A stretch of 64,000 bases of DNA from the NCBI RefSeq assembly GCF_964213995.1, contig NC_135811.1, forward strand, positions 35,526,001 through 35,590,000. The letters run 5' to 3'. The notes beneath the pieces are model-generated. The model saw only the letters and a program-made list of their open reading frames with translations, did no database searches and was not told where the DNA came from. Positions 1 through 12,987 of this stretch are shown here, piece by piece (position 1 is the stretch's first letter; each line of letters opens with the position of its first letter). This DNA is from Mustelus asterias (lineage: Eukaryota). The translations under genes were made by a program, and so were the position numbers.

Positions 1-570
1 CTCAGTGGCCAAGAGCAGAGGCCAGTGATAGTCTAACTTGGAAAAAATACTACACTGTGACACTTTTTCATGGCTATCTAGCTCTCAGTATCATAATTGA
101 CTGTGTTACTAGGCCAGTATTTACTGGCATTACTTGCTATTGAAATATATTCAGCAAGTGTTACTACTTCTCTGTAACATAGTGATTGTTTTGTTTTTAC
201 ACCAATCTTCTCTTCATTTTCCCCCTTCCATCCTCTCCTGCAAACTTTGGCACCTTGGGTGCAGTTTCACAGATCCTCCCATTCCCCAATGGTTACTAAT
301 CATTTGTGTGCTTTGAATAGAGTGTTGTCTTGTTTGAACTTGTACTCACTTGAATTTCATGTATGCATACTTCAGCAGGAGTCCCTGCATAATGATTACT
401 CCCAAACTCAGAGGTCCCCAGGCTAAATTAAACCACCCATGTAATACAAACAAATGTAGATTTGTTCAAATTCTACTTCAGAATAACCTGTTTAATTTAG
501 GAGTTTCTTCAGAGCACTGTACAGTATTTCATATTCAATATGTTCAAAATTGATAATGTTGTTCCCTTAG

Positions 571-661
571 ATATCTATACAAGCTGTGTGACCTGCACAA
601 AGAGTGTGACAACTACACTGAAGCTGCCTACACATTGCTGCTTAATGCAAAACTTCTTAAG
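571..661 (+). CDS. DOCK1: DOCK1 coding exon A (DHR-2 lobe A): (R)[30 protein letters not shown]
   Basis: cccttAG acceptor and AAG|GTAATG donor; 91 bp (1+30 codons); peptide nearly identical to the vertebrate DOCK1 sequence as I recall it ([30 protein letters not shown]). Confidence 0.96.
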
Positions 662-980
662 GTAATGTTTTAACTCAAGGTATCAAATTGTTTTCTAAGC
701 TTTAAAACTGTCATCATTATGGTGAAGGTTTCACTAAATTCATGAAACGTAATTCACTGTGTAATGGGTCCAGTAGGTGAACCTCCTATTTTGCATTTCT
801 CATTGTAGTTAGTAATATAGTATTGTGGCATCACATTTCAAATTCCAACTGTGTTTCAAAGGTTTGGAAATATCACCAATATGTTGTATTATATTTTAAG
901 CACAGCATTGTTTTTATCGAAAAGGTTGCTTCACACAAGGAACCAGAAGAAGCCTGTGTAATCCCCCTCATAAAGATCTG

Positions 981-1708
981 GGGCAGAATTTATTCCAGGC
1001 GAGAGGAGTCGCTCCAGCTGGCAAGAGCACTCTTTCATCTCCATTGGGGAAGGCCTAGCCTATTATGTACCTATCAGGCACTTAAGTGGACAGCATAGGG
1101 CCTTCCCCAAGATTAAGGGCGTGGAAATCCCTTGCCCTGAGTGCTGCCAACCAGTCAGAGGCTGGCAGTTCTCCATTGCAAGCAGCACTACTGGCAGCAA
1201 TAACAGTTGCTAGCAGTGCACCCACCACAACAATGAAGGGCCCAAGGCCAAAGGTGAGTGAGGACAGGATGAGGGGGTTCACAGTGGTTGTGGGCGATGT
1301 GGTTGGAAGAAAGGGAACAGGGTAGCTCTGTCGTCATCTCCCCCAGTCAACAGCTGCCCCATCCAGATGCTGGGTCCCTGTATCAGGCACTGTGTTCCTT
1401 TTGAATGAGGGTTCTGTCCTGGGAAACTGCTAGCAAGCCCTCATCTGATTGCTTCTCAAGATTCCTGCATGGCAACTCTACTGCCTGCCTATTAGAGTTA
1501 AAGGAAGGGACCCTTAAGGTGGGCATTAATTGCCCACATGAAGGCCTCAATTAATGTCTCATTGGGAAGACCGACCACAAACCTTTCTGCCCGAACTAAA
1601 TTGAGTGGAGGTGGGAAGGTGATGAGGTCCCCACTCAGCACCTCTCATCCAATTAAATGACCTTCCATCTCCAAATCTGCTGCTGAGGAGGCATCAAATT
1701 ATGGCCAT
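981..1708. mobile_element. GC-rich non-autonomous DNA transposon relic (PIF/Harbinger-like)
   Basis: GC-rich island starting GGGCAGAATTT and ending AAATTATGGCC; shares cttaagtgg / ccaatcagag-type blocks with 56.5-58.1 kb. Confidence 0.5.
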
Positions 1709-3261
1709 AGTTTGAATGCTTTATGAGAGTACAATATCTTGTGTTTGTAAACAAATGCAAAACAGAAATGTAGAACGCTTTTCTAATTTTCACATTTCTT
1801 TTCCTTTGTCTGAAAATATTGATTCCTTCCAAGGTACCTTTCATGAACACCAGATTCTTTGAATCAGTTTATCAAGTGGTTACTTTTGATGAATGAGCCT
1901 AGATTAATGCTTCATGAGGGAATCACTAATCCTAGCCACACAAGAATTACTGGATGTCAGGATTACTGCTATCTCAACTGGAATAACTTCAGACCAGGGC
2001 CAGAGTTTTACGTGGCAGTAACGGGCATACGTCCAACCTGGAAGACCGTAAAATATTGTGAGAAAATGTTAGATGCATATCCCAACATCATCATCATGCA
2101 CTCGTGCGACAGTACAGTTGGCAGGCCCACGTAGGAGTGGGAAGGGTCCACTGACATTCAGCTACTTCAGACAATTAAAAGGGCAGTTGAAGGTGAATTT
2201 ACATTGCCTGTGCAATTTCGTGCTTGTCGCACAGGTAACATGCGCAGGGCCGTCCTGCTTTTTTCACTTTTCTCATCCCAAGGGCAGAATAAAAGGAGGC
2301 AGGAGCATTTGCTGTATGAGTTGTTTTCGTTTTTATTTGAGGACAGTTTTGTTTTATCAACTCTCTTTGAGTATTTCTGCCCATTGCAGCCTTCAATGCA
2401 CGGGGCACTGTAATCTGCATTTCAACAGATAGGGATTGTGTACTCTGCAGAGGGACCTCCTCAGAGGAGGCTAAGTGTCCACAGGAAATGTTACAATGAG
2501 AGATCTTTGGGAGGAGAGGCAGAGGGGGTGCTAGGCAGCGGGAGAGCAAGATGGAAGAGCCTGCAGAAGACGCTACTATCCTGCTGAGAGAATGTGCAGG
2601 CAGCGATCCAGCTAACCTCAGCATATCGGAGGTTCAGTGCCACAGGAGACTCTGGGGACGATTTTACTGGCTTATCCCGCCGGCCTCTCACGACATTACC
2701 TGCCCGACCTGCCATTTCAATCTCGGGCACGAGGCTAATTTTAACATTCATTAGGCTATTTAAATATTATTAGTGAGCCTGGGATGCAATCGTCTTGACG
2801 GCCTCACCGGTGGAGGTCCTCAGCAGCAAAGATCACGTATGGTCCCCAACAGCGGGGACTAGGCATGGTGGCCTCACCGGTGGGAGGCCATTGAAGCCCC
2901 CCAGTGTGGTCGGAGGCAAGGGCGGGCAGTGCCCCTTGAGCAGTGCAAGCCTGGCACTGCCAACCTCGTATCCTGGCAGTGCCACTTGGGACCCTGAGTG
3001 TAGGCCTGGCATTATCAGCCTGACACCCTGTCAGTGTCCACTGGGCATCCTGGCAGTGCCCCATGAGGCTTTCACTAGGGTCCACCTCTGGCTCTACCCC
3101 CAACGCTGTTTGGCACCTTTGCCAGGGGGCAGTGCCCAGGCCTTTTCACCTGGGGCTGTACTCACATTTGCACCCCCTGAAGGTTCCCCACGACAGGTTC
3201 ACGTCTAGGTGCCTGAGCATCGTAAATAATGGCCACCCTCCTTGACACATATGCTAGGTTC

Positions 3262-3486
3262 CAGGCCAGAGTGCAAAAGATCATTGAACCCTTTCTAGCT
3301 CTGGATCCATGTGTGACGCACCACATCATGCCTGCTCACCTGAGCAGCTACCTCCAACTAGGTCTCCTTCATCTGGCAGGGTGGCCTCCTCTTACCATCC
3401 TGCAACATGGGTATTTCATGTCGGGCAGTCACTGCCTCCACTAGAGTGTACAGGCTGTTGCCTGAGAATCATGGAGCAGAGTGCCC
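3262..3486 (-). pseudogene. Harbinger Myb/SANT-like DNA-binding protein remnant
   Basis: One minus frame reads GHSAP*FSGNSLYTLVEAVTARHEIPMLQDGKRRPPCQMKET*LEVAAQVSRHDVVRHTWIQS*KGFNDLLHSG, matching the AP.FS...L..L...W.EVA..V.....RTW.QCRK.FNDL pattern; three stop codons. Confidence 0.75.
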
Positions 3487-3804
3487 ACCAGTATTAGCCT
3501 CCTGTCTACCATGCCCACCAGGTGCTGAGGCCATCACTTACGCCAAATTTTCCAGTCTCTTGACGACAACACCATTAGGCTCCTCCCTGGGAGCAGCCTG
3601 GGCTCGCTTTACCCCCTCTGGGTCACCATTTAACCTGGCACCGGCCATGCTCCTGCCATAAGTACTGCACCAATGTCTGGGTACTTCACCCACTGGCCAA
3701 TCCTTAATTATGATGTGGAGATGCCGGTGTTGGACTGGGGTAAACACAGTAAGAGGTCTAACAACACCAGGTTAAAGTCCCACAGGTTTATTTGGTAGCA
3801 AATG

Positions 3805-3843
3805 CCACTACCTTTTGGAGCGTGCTGCTCCTTCGTCAGGTGG
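3805..3843 (-). ncRNA. Mutated hammerhead ribozyme (inverted PLE arm)
   Basis: CCAC-CTGACGA-A-GGAGCAGCACGCTCC-AAAA-GGTA-GTGG: GAAA is mutated to AAAA and the AGCT palindrome is broken; predicted inactive. Confidence 0.65.
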
Positions 3844-6138
3844 AGTGGGAGATGTGCTCACAAACAGGGCAGACAGAGACACAAACTCAATTTACAGAAT
3901 AATGATTGGAATGCTAATCAAGCTAATCAATGCTAATACAGCTAATCAAGTCTTAAAGGTACAGACAATGTGAGTGGAGACAGCACAGGTTAAAGAGATG
4001 TGTATTGTCTCCAGACAGGACAGCTAGTGAGATTTTGCAAGTCCAGGCAAGTTGTGGGAGTTACAGATAATGTGACATGAACCCAAGATCCCAGTTGAGG
4101 CCGTCCTCGTGTGTGCGGAACTTGGCTATCAGTTTCTGCGGTGTCGTGAAGGTCGCCTTGGAGAACGCTTACCCGAAGATCAGAGGCTGAATGCCCATGA
4201 CCGGTGAAGTGCTCCCCGGCCTTGAAGAGAACAGTCTTGCCTGGTGATTGTCAAGCGGTGTTTATTCATCCGTTGTCGTAGTGTCTGCATGGTTTCCCCA
4301 ATGTACCATGCCTCGGGACATCCTTTCCTGCAGCGTATCAGGTAGACAATGTTGGCCGAGTTGCAAGTGTATGTAACATGTACCTGGTGGATGGTGTTCT
4401 CACGTGAGATGATCCGGCACATCTTGCCGAGGTTGCTGTGGCAGGGTTGTGTGGTGTCGTGGTCACTGTTCTCCTGAAGGCTGGGTAGTTTGCTGCGGAC
4501 AATGGTCTGTTTGAGGTTATACGGCTGTTTGAAGGCAAGAAGTGGGGGTGTGGGGATGGCCTTGGCAAGATGTTCGTCTTCATCGATGACATGTTGAAGG
4601 CTCCGGAGGAGATGTCGTAGCTTCTCCGCTCCGGGGAAGTACTGGACGACAAAGGGTACTCTGTCCACCATGTCCCGTGTTTGTCTTCTGAGGAGATCGG
4701 TGCGGTTTTTCGCTGTGGCGCATCGGAACTGTTGATCGATGAGTCGAGAGCCATATCCTGTTGTTTCAGTGATTGTTCACCATGCACAGGTTCGAACAAG
4801 ACTTTTTCACCACACAGGACCTTCAACCGATGCTATACACTAGATACATCGATGACATTTTCTTCCTTTGGACACATGGTGAACAATCACTGAAACAACT
4901 ATATGATGACATCAACAAGTTCCATCCCACCATCAGACTCACCATGGACTACTCTCTGGAATTGGTTGCATTCTTGGACACATGCATCTCCATTAAGGAC
5001 GGTCACCTCAGCACCTCACTGTACCGCAAGCCCACGGATAACCTCACGATGCTCCACTTCTCCAGCTTCCACCCTAAACACGTTAAAGAAGCCATCCCCT
5101 ACGGACAAGCCCTCCGTATACATAGGATCTGCTCGGATGAGGAGGGTCATGACAGACACCTCCAGATGCTGAAAGATGCCCTCATAAGAACAGGATATGG
5201 CGCTCGACTCATCGATCGACAGTTCCGATGCGCCACAGCGAAAAACCGCACCGACCTCCTCAGAAGACAAACAGGGACACGGTGGACAGAGTACCCTTTG
5301 TCGTCCAGTACTTCCCCAGAGCGGAGAAGCTACGACATCTCCTCCGGAGCCTTCAACATGTTATTGATGAAGATGAACATCTCGCCAAGGCCATCCCCAC
5401 ACCCCCACTTCTTGTCTTCAAACAGCCGCACAACCTCAAACAGATCATTGTCCGCGGAAAATTACCCAGCCTTCAGGAGAACAGTGACCACGACACCACA
5501 CAACCCTGCCGCAGCAACCTCTGCAAGATGTGCCGGATCATCGACACGGATGGCATCATCTCACGTGAGAACACCATCCACCAGGTACACGGTACATACA
5601 CTTGCAACTCGGCCAACATTGTCTACCTGATACGCTGCAGGAAAAGATGTCCCAAGGCATGGTACATTGGGGAAACCGTGCAGACGCTACGACAATGGAT
5701 GAATGAACACCGCTCGACAATCAACAGGCAAAACTGTTCTCTTCATGTTGGGGAGCACTTCAACGGTCACGGGCATTCACCCTTCGGGTAAGCGTTCTCC
5801 AAGGCGACCTTCACGACACACGGCAGGGTTGCTGAGCAGAAACTGATAGCCAAGTTCCGCACACACGAGGACGGCCTCAACTGGGATCTTGGGTTCATGT
5901 CACACTATCTGTAACCCCCACAACTTGCCTGGACTTGCAAAATCTCACGAGCTGTCCTGTCTGGAGACAATACACATCTCTTTAACCTGTGCTTAATGCT
6001 CTCTCCACTCACATTGTCTGTACCTTTAAGACTTGATTAGCTGTATTAGCATTGACTCGCTTAATTAGCATTCTAATCATTGTTCTGTAAATTGAGTTTG
6101 TGTCTCTGTATGCCCTGTTTGTGAGCACATCTCCCACT

Positions 6139-6177
6139 CTGCCTGACGAAGGAGCAGCACGCTCCGAAAGCTAGTGG
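6139..6177 (+). ncRNA. Minimal type I hammerhead ribozyme in PLE terminal repeat
   Basis: CTGC-CTGACGA-A-GGAGC-AGCAC-GCTCC-GAAA-GCTA-GTGG: core boxes intact, stem II GGAGC/GCTCC, palindromic AGCT in place of stem III, stem I with two G-U pairs. Confidence 0.75.
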
Positions 6178-6556
6178 CATTTGCTACCAAATAAACCTGT
6201 TGGACTTTAACCTGGTGTTGTTAGACTTCTTACAGTCCTTAATTAGCCAGCCAGTGAAAAATTGCATCACTCTGACATTCGCTAGTGTAAGTGGACACTG
6301 AAGCTGCCTCTGGGCCCACCAATCACCGATGCTCAACAAGAACAAAATTCATGCCCTAGAGTTACATCTATAATCTTAGTGAAATCCTAGAAATTTCAGT
6401 GCAGAAGGCTTCCATTTCGCCAATCCTGATGATTTCAGTACTAGCTCAACATCAGCTCCAATCCTACTACTTTTACCAATGTTGCTGTTGATCATATTAG
6501 TTCACACACATTTCGGTCCCAATACACTATATTAATGAGTATATCATTTTTTCGTG

Positions 6557-7951
6557 TTTTTTTGTATTTATTATTGTCACATGTATCAGTATGCAGCGAA
6601 AAGTATTGTTTCTTGCACACTATACAGACAAAGCATACGTAGAGAAGAAAAGGAGAGAGTACAGAATGTAGTGTTACAGTCATAGCTAGGGTGTAGAGAA
6701 GTTTCTTAATGCGAGGTAGGTCCATTTAAAAGTCTGACGGCAGCAGGGAAGAAGCTGTTTTTGAGTCTGTTGGTGCGTCACCTGAGACTTTTGTATCTTT
6801 TTGCTGATGGAAGAAGGTGGAAGAGAGTATGTCTGGGGTGCATGGGGTCCTTGATTATGCTGGCTGCTTTTCCGAGGCACCGGGAAGCGTAGACTATGTC
6901 AATGGATGGGAGGCTGGTTTGAGTGATGGACTGGGCTTCATTCATGACCCTTTGTAGTTTGTTGCGGTCTTGGACAGAACAGGAGCCGTACCAAGCTGTG
7001 ATACAATCAGAAAGAACGCTTTCTATGTTGCATCTGTAAAAGATGATGAGAGTTGTAGCAGACATGCCAAGTTTCCTTAGTCTCTTGAGAAAGTAGAGGC
7101 ATTGTGGGCTTTCTTAACTATAGCGTCGGTGTGGAGGCACCAGGACAGGCTGTTGGTGATCTGAACACCTAAAAACTTGAAGCTCTCGACCATTGCTGGT
7201 TCATCCCCATTGATGTAGACAGTGGCACGGTAGCACAGTGGTTAGCACTGCTGCCTCGCAGCACCAGGGACCCAGGTTCGATTCCTGGCTTGAGTCACTG
7301 TCTGTGCAAAGTTTGCACATTCCCCCCGTGTCTGCATGGGTTTCCTCTGGGTGCTCCGGAGTTTCCTCCCACAGTCCAAAGATGTGCGGGTTAGGTGGAT
7401 TGGCCATGCTAAATTGCCCCTTCGTGTCAGGGAGACTAGCTAGGGTAAATGCATGAGGTTATGGGGCTAGAGCCTGGGTGGGATTGTGGTCGGTGCAGAC
7501 TCGATGGGCTGAATGGCCTCCTTCTACATTGTAGGATTCTATGATCTATGATTCTATAAGTCGATGACTATCTCCTTCGTTTTGTCGACATTGAGGGAGA
7601 GATTATTGTCGTTGTACTAGTTCACCAGATTCTCTATCTCTTTCCTGTACTCTGTCTCGTCATTGTTTGAGATCCAACCCACAATGGTGGTGTCATCAGC
7701 AAACTTGAAAATCGAGTTGGAGGGGAATTTGGCCACACAGTCATTGGTGTATAACGAGTATAGTAAGGGGCTGAGGACACAGCCTTGCGGAGCACCAGTG
7801 TAGATAATGATCGTGGAGGAGGTGTTGTTGCCTATCCTTACTGTCAGTTAGGAAGTCTAGGATCTAGTTCCAGAGGGAGGAACCGAGCCCCAGGCCACAA
7901 AGTTTGGAGATGAGTCTCATAGGAATAATGGTATTAAAGGCTGAGCTGTAG
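6557..7951 (-). mobile_element. Rex1/Babar-clade LINE, 5'-truncated, interrupted by a SINE
   Basis: RT C-terminal peptide (MSATTLIIFYRCNIESVLSDCITAWYGSC...; APQGCVLSPLLYS and FKFADD on the minus strand); 3' UTR shared with 28.5 kb, 44.5 kb and 51.2 kb. Confidence 0.88.
7223..7557 (+). mobile_element. HE1/V-SINE-like tRNA-derived SINE
   Basis: A box (tagcacagtgg), B box (ggttcgattcc), central gggtttcctc.gggtgctccgg domain, CR1-type tail ending (gattctat)n. Confidence 0.9.
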
Positions 7952-9316
7952 GTTTGCTGGGGTGAGTGTAAGGTGTAATTTTGCAGGCTCATCAATGTGA
8001 GGAATATTCAGAAAGTGGAACATTTTCTCTTTCCGAGAAGTTGTTGTGCACACAGAGGGCATCAAGTTAGACAGTGTACCAGCCATATTTCAGATTTTTT
8101 TCAGAATTGTCATTTTAATGCCAATTAATGGGCTTGCACATCCTAGAGAATAGATTGACATTGCACAATTCCCTGAGTAGATTTCATTATCTTCACCAAT
8201 CTACTACCAGAACTGTTGCCAATTGGTATCTTTCCACAAGCCGTTCTGCCAATTGGATCAGCTGACGGTCTCCTGGCAGGTGGTTCAATTGTTGGTTTTA
8301 GTGTTTGTTTTTTTCCTGATGAGATGTAGATTGGCATTCCCTCAGCACTATTCCTTAATACTACCCTCAGAAATGCAGCTTCTGTTGTGCTCGTGTGAAT
8401 TTTCTGTTTCCCACACCGGTTAACTTTGATTCTTTTGACTGTGGTTGTCAGTTTGTGTTGGATCAATAATGATATTGTTGTGTTGATATCCATATTTTTT
8501 GAAAGCTAGCTTCATGGGGTAGCCATGTTTGAATTGATCATACAATTAGAAAATTAAGGTGAGGGTCTGCCCCCCCCCCCCCTCATTTCCTACAATATTG
8601 ATTAGAAACAAGACTCAGCCCCTCCTCCTCCTTTCCCTCTCTTCGTTGAGAAACCCCTGAATTTCTAGGACATTATAAAGGAAAGAGAGATCTGTTGTAA
8701 TGGACACAATGTTGTCTACTCAGAACTGTCTCGGAGAAAGAAATTATAGTTTTGCCATTAAGTTGGATGGTGGTTAATGATTTCTTTACAATTGGTGCAG
8801 TTCTGGAGAAGTTTTGTATCAGCTCTCTTTCAAAGCATCAGGAAGTTTCCACATGCTGCATTCTTGATTTGGGGCGACACAGAAGGGTGGAGTGTTGGAG
8901 AGGGGTGAGGGGAGGTGGGCGGAGGTGGTGGACCATCAGCTTCACATTATGATTTTTTTACTCACTGCCACCCTGTGGACTTTTGGCACTCTATAGGTGG
9001 AGACAATAATTTAGGTAACATTCACCCCCATCTTTTATGGAACCGGCCTTATTTTCATTTTAGTCAACCTGTAAAAGGTGGGTGACCTGCTTTGCCCTGC
9101 CAGATTTGTGTTCAGTTGTTGAAGATGAACATTATCCCAATCAGATTTAAAGGGCAAAAGGCCAAGTACTTGCTCTAACATTGCTTGACCATTCTTTAAC
9201 ATTATAAATAGTGATCATGGTACCAGGTATAAATAGTACTGCAGGTAAATGGTGACAGCTTTTACAGAGTCTGACATGCATTGATTTTCTTTTTTTTAAA
9301 TTATATATGAATAATA

Positions 9317-9503
9317 TGGATTGGCCATGCTAAGTTGCTCCTTAGTGGCCCAAGATGTGTAGGGTAGATGGATTAACCATTCTAAATGTATGGCATTAGA
9401 GGGAAGGAGCGGGAGAGAGGGCCTAGATAAGATACTCTGCCAGAATGTCGGTGCAGATTTGATGGGCCGAATGGCCTCTGCTGTACTTTTAGGGATTCTA
9501 TGA
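9317..9503 (+). mobile_element. HE1-like SINE, 3' half
   Basis: ggattggccatgctaa...gatgggccgaatggcct...gggattctatgat. Confidence 0.8.
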
Positions 9504-10591
9504 TCGATACATATTATTTAATTAATATTAGCAGTACAGAAAGTCTTACTCCCAAGTGCATTGTTGGAATGAAACTATATTTACATCTGTTTACATATGT
9601 ATTGGGGGTCCGAATACATTTACATTGATGTTTGCAGTGGTTTTATACCCTTTAGTGTAAGTCAAGTCTATTAATATGCCTGCTGTCATCAGTTGGCTGA
9701 TATTTATGTCCCGTACGATTACTAGTCAAAAAAAATGTATTTTTTTGTTTTTTCTTGGCTTTCAGTAAATATTTTAAACAACTCCAATATTTTATATGTG
9801 TTGGGGTTAGTTTACTTAGGTTCTGGTTTTCTCTTCCATGCCTTATATTGCATGAGGCAATATGTTTCTTCTAACAAATCATGCTCTGGGTTGCATAAGC
9901 AATGAATATAATTATTATGTGACCAGGTCGTTAGCCTGACAGTAGTGGTGGGTGGACGGGTTGTGATGCCGGATCAGTTACATATGATTAGGAGGAAATA
10001 GGGGAGTGTTGTTCCTTTACTCTTGTTGGATGCAATTATATCTCAACCCAGCATTCAGAGGCTAAATTACTAGTCAGCTACTTGATAGGGTGACGATGGA
10101 GAGGCATTCCACTCCCATTGGGTTCTGGTATCCTGTTGGGTGTCAACCTAGTATTCAGAGACTGTAACTTCCCCACTGACCAGAGCTGACAGGAGTGGCG
10201 TTAGGGTTAAGGACCCATGAATGTTATAATTGAGCCAAGGCGAGACATTCAACTATTTAAAATCAATATTTTGACTGTACAGCAGGCTTGTGTTTACTGA
10301 AATAATTTATAGCAGGACATATTAGTGCTATCATGAAATAGAATCCCTCTTGATTGGCCTTTGGTCCTTAAAGTATTTCAGGCCTGAAAGGAGATATGGG
10401 TGAATCCTCCTAACTGTCACATCAAATATTTTACAATTACTTCATTATAGTATTATTTGTGATCAAGCCCTATCTAATCCTAGCCAAATGGTGAGAAGAC
10501 TACCATTTGGCTTCGAAGGAAATTTTGAGTGCAAGTTTCTGCTCTGTAAAATGGTGTTGAGGTTGTATGATTTCCTGTATATGCTGATGTG

Positions 10592-10827
10592 AGGTGATGA
10601 CACTTGGAAGGTCTACTGCAGAAGGAAAATATACAGTAAATAGTAGAGCCTTCAAAAATATTAGCATACAGAGGGATCTAAGCGTGCGGATCCTCAGTTT
10701 CCTGAAGGTGGCAACTCGGGTAGTCAAGATGGACAAGAAGGTGTATAGCATGCTGGCCTTCGTCGGTCGGGGCATTGAGCATAGGAATTGGAAAGTCATG
10801 TTGCAGCTGTATAAGACTTTGGTTAGG

Positions 10828-10859
<32 letters not shown>

Positions 10860-11351
10860 ACCACGCTACCAGAAGGATGTTGATGCATTGGAAAGAGTGC
10901 AAAAGAGATTTACCAGGATGTTGCCTGATTTGGAGGATATGGACTATGAAGAAATGTTGATCAAACTTGGATTGTTTTTACTGGAGCATCAAAGGATGAG
11001 GGGGGACCTAGAGGTTTACAAGATTATGACAAGCTTTGGTAGCGTGGATCGTCAGTCTTTTTCCCAGAGTTAAAGGGTCAATTACTCAGGGACATAGGTT
11101 GAAAGTGAGAGGGGGAAAGTTTTAAAGAGATGTAAGGGGCAGGTTTTTCACTCAGAGGGCGCTGCCGGAGGAGGTGGTGGAAGCAGATTCTATAACAACA
11201 TTCAAGAGGCACCTGAATAGATACATGAATAGGCAGGGAATAGAGGGATATGGACCACATAGAGGCAAGAACATATTAGAGAGGCATCTGTGTCGGCATA
11301 GACATGGTGGGCCGAAGGGCCTGTTCCTGTGCTGTACTATTCTTTGTTCTC
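10592..11351 (+). mobile_element. CR1 LINE 3' fragment
   Basis: LYKTLVRPHLEYCVQFWSP...LERVQKRFTRMLP peptide plus CR1 3' UTR hairpin gggccgaagggcc. Confidence 0.92.
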
Positions 11352-12987
11352 TTTGATTACTCCACTGCTTCAAACTTATTTCCAGCTGCTGGAAGGCAAG
11401 GAAGCTTTATCAGTTCAGATAATGCTTTGATCTCTTTCCTGTACTCTGAGTAAATAAATTTTCCAGATTAAATTAGAATGCCGCAGATATTTATTTCCTG
11501 GTTATTTGTTGAAATTTTATATTATTATTGGCTACATTGAGTCCCACACTCCACAACTTTGACCTGGTGGTATGTCTCTCACTTCACATTTCAAACTTGT
11601 AAAAACTTATAAAATGATTTGTCCTTGCATAATCTGGACCACTCAATCTTTTCAATTTTTAACCATATACTCCTGCATTTTATTCCTATAACGTTGCCAT
11701 TATTCTTTAGTGTTATATCCTCTATTTGTCATCAGATTTATGGATTATAATCTTCCAATCCCAATTATAAAAATCCAATACCAATTTCAAATTGATCAGG
11801 TGTGTTAAGTAGCATTCTTCCCACATTTTATGACTATTTACATGAGCAGCCCCCTAAATGTCTACTAGATTCTGTTTTCCAAATTGTGAAAGCCTATTGT
11901 ATACTTTACTGCCAGCATCTAATATGAATAATTAATTAAGATAATTATTTTTCTTCCCCCTCATCTATTCTTCTATATCGTAGCTAATAAATACCATTGA
12001 CATGTATATTCTGGCAGTACCCTTGTGCTGAAAGAAGACACACCTAAACTTTTTTCATCTTATTTTGTAGCATATGAAGTTTAAACAGGTCATATTTAAA
12101 AGTAGAATTTTCAACCAAAGAAATCAAGGGATTTGAATACTTGGTTAGCATTTAAAAAGTAGAAGTGCTCCCAGACTTTGGCTGACACTGTTCTTAGTTC
12201 AGTTCCTGAAGCAGTGTGCAGGAGTAGCACTGAATTATTCCATTTGCTTGCTCCTTTGATTCTACTTTGAAAATTCAAACACAGTGGGATATACTCAGCT
12301 TTATCTCCCGGTTGAAAGAGTTGAAGGAACAATCATCTCTATCAGAAGAAAATAACGCAACTACAGCACAAGTTTAAAAATAAAATTAAAGGCAAATGTA
12401 AGAAACCCTGATATTGCAGAAGCACAAAAGAAAAACTGAAAAAAAACCTCTTGTAGGTCAGTCAGGTACTATAGTATTGGCAATGCATTTTTGGACGGTA
12501 TGCGGAGAATCTTAGTGTTGTGCCAGTTTCAAGCTTTACTTCATGATTGCATTCATAATTTCATTGTGCAGTCTGCAAGAGAATGAACTTCATCTTCGAA
12601 GACCAAAAGCCAGTCAGTTTTGTGCTTAACCCTTGGTTTGCCAGTTGTTCACAATGGGCACTTGGTAGGTTATATTTTCTCATCTTGCTATTAATGCAAA
12701 TTATTTCCTTTATGGGCGATCATTAAATTGAAAGTGTGCTATGAATTACACTCACAGGGGAGTAGTTGTATCAGAGACCATTCGATCCTTTTAAGGGGAA
12801 AATGCAGAGCAATGGGATTGTGGTGAAACTGGTGTGGCAGAGGTACTAGCCTGGTGAGGGATTTGCATCCTTCCGTGCAGCAAATATCAGCGGTGCAGTG
12901 GTCTAGTTGATACTGATGAGTTTAGAAATGTATATATAAATATATAAAATCATAAAATATACCTGTTCTTTTGTTATTTTTGTTTAG

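Larger units (their letters stand above)
3711..6235. mobile_element. Penelope-like retroelement (RT + GIY-YIG), 5'-truncated, with inverted 3' duplication
   Basis: Plus arm 4781-6233 encodes YIDDIFFLWTHG (RT), a thumb region and VYLIRC...WYIGET (GIY-YIG). Minus arm 3711-4784 is an inverted copy of the 3' part. TSD TCCTTAATTA at 3701-3710 and 6236-6245. Confidence 0.95.
1997..6356 (-). mobile_element. Degenerate PIF/Harbinger-type element, interrupted by the Penelope insertion at 3711-6235
   Basis: Imperfect terminal inverted repeats GGGCCAGAGTTTT / AAAATTCATGCCC (10 of 13 match); internal Myb/SANT-like remnant at 3262-3486; no clean TSD. Confidence 0.6.

Noticed and set aside
2795-3208. 137 aa GC-rich ORF, and the similar 176 aa ORF at 57491..58021
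   Set aside because: Both lie in GC-rich transposon relics; low stop frequency explains them and no domain is recognisable.
7238-7456. Recurrent MVSTAASQ... and MANPPN... ORFs (also 13929, 15670, 33335, 59809)
   Set aside because: These are translations of HE1-like SINE copies, not a gene family.
9960-10090. Possible Deu-domain SINE relic or conserved non-coding element
   Set aside because: The resemblance is too degenerate to support without an alignment.
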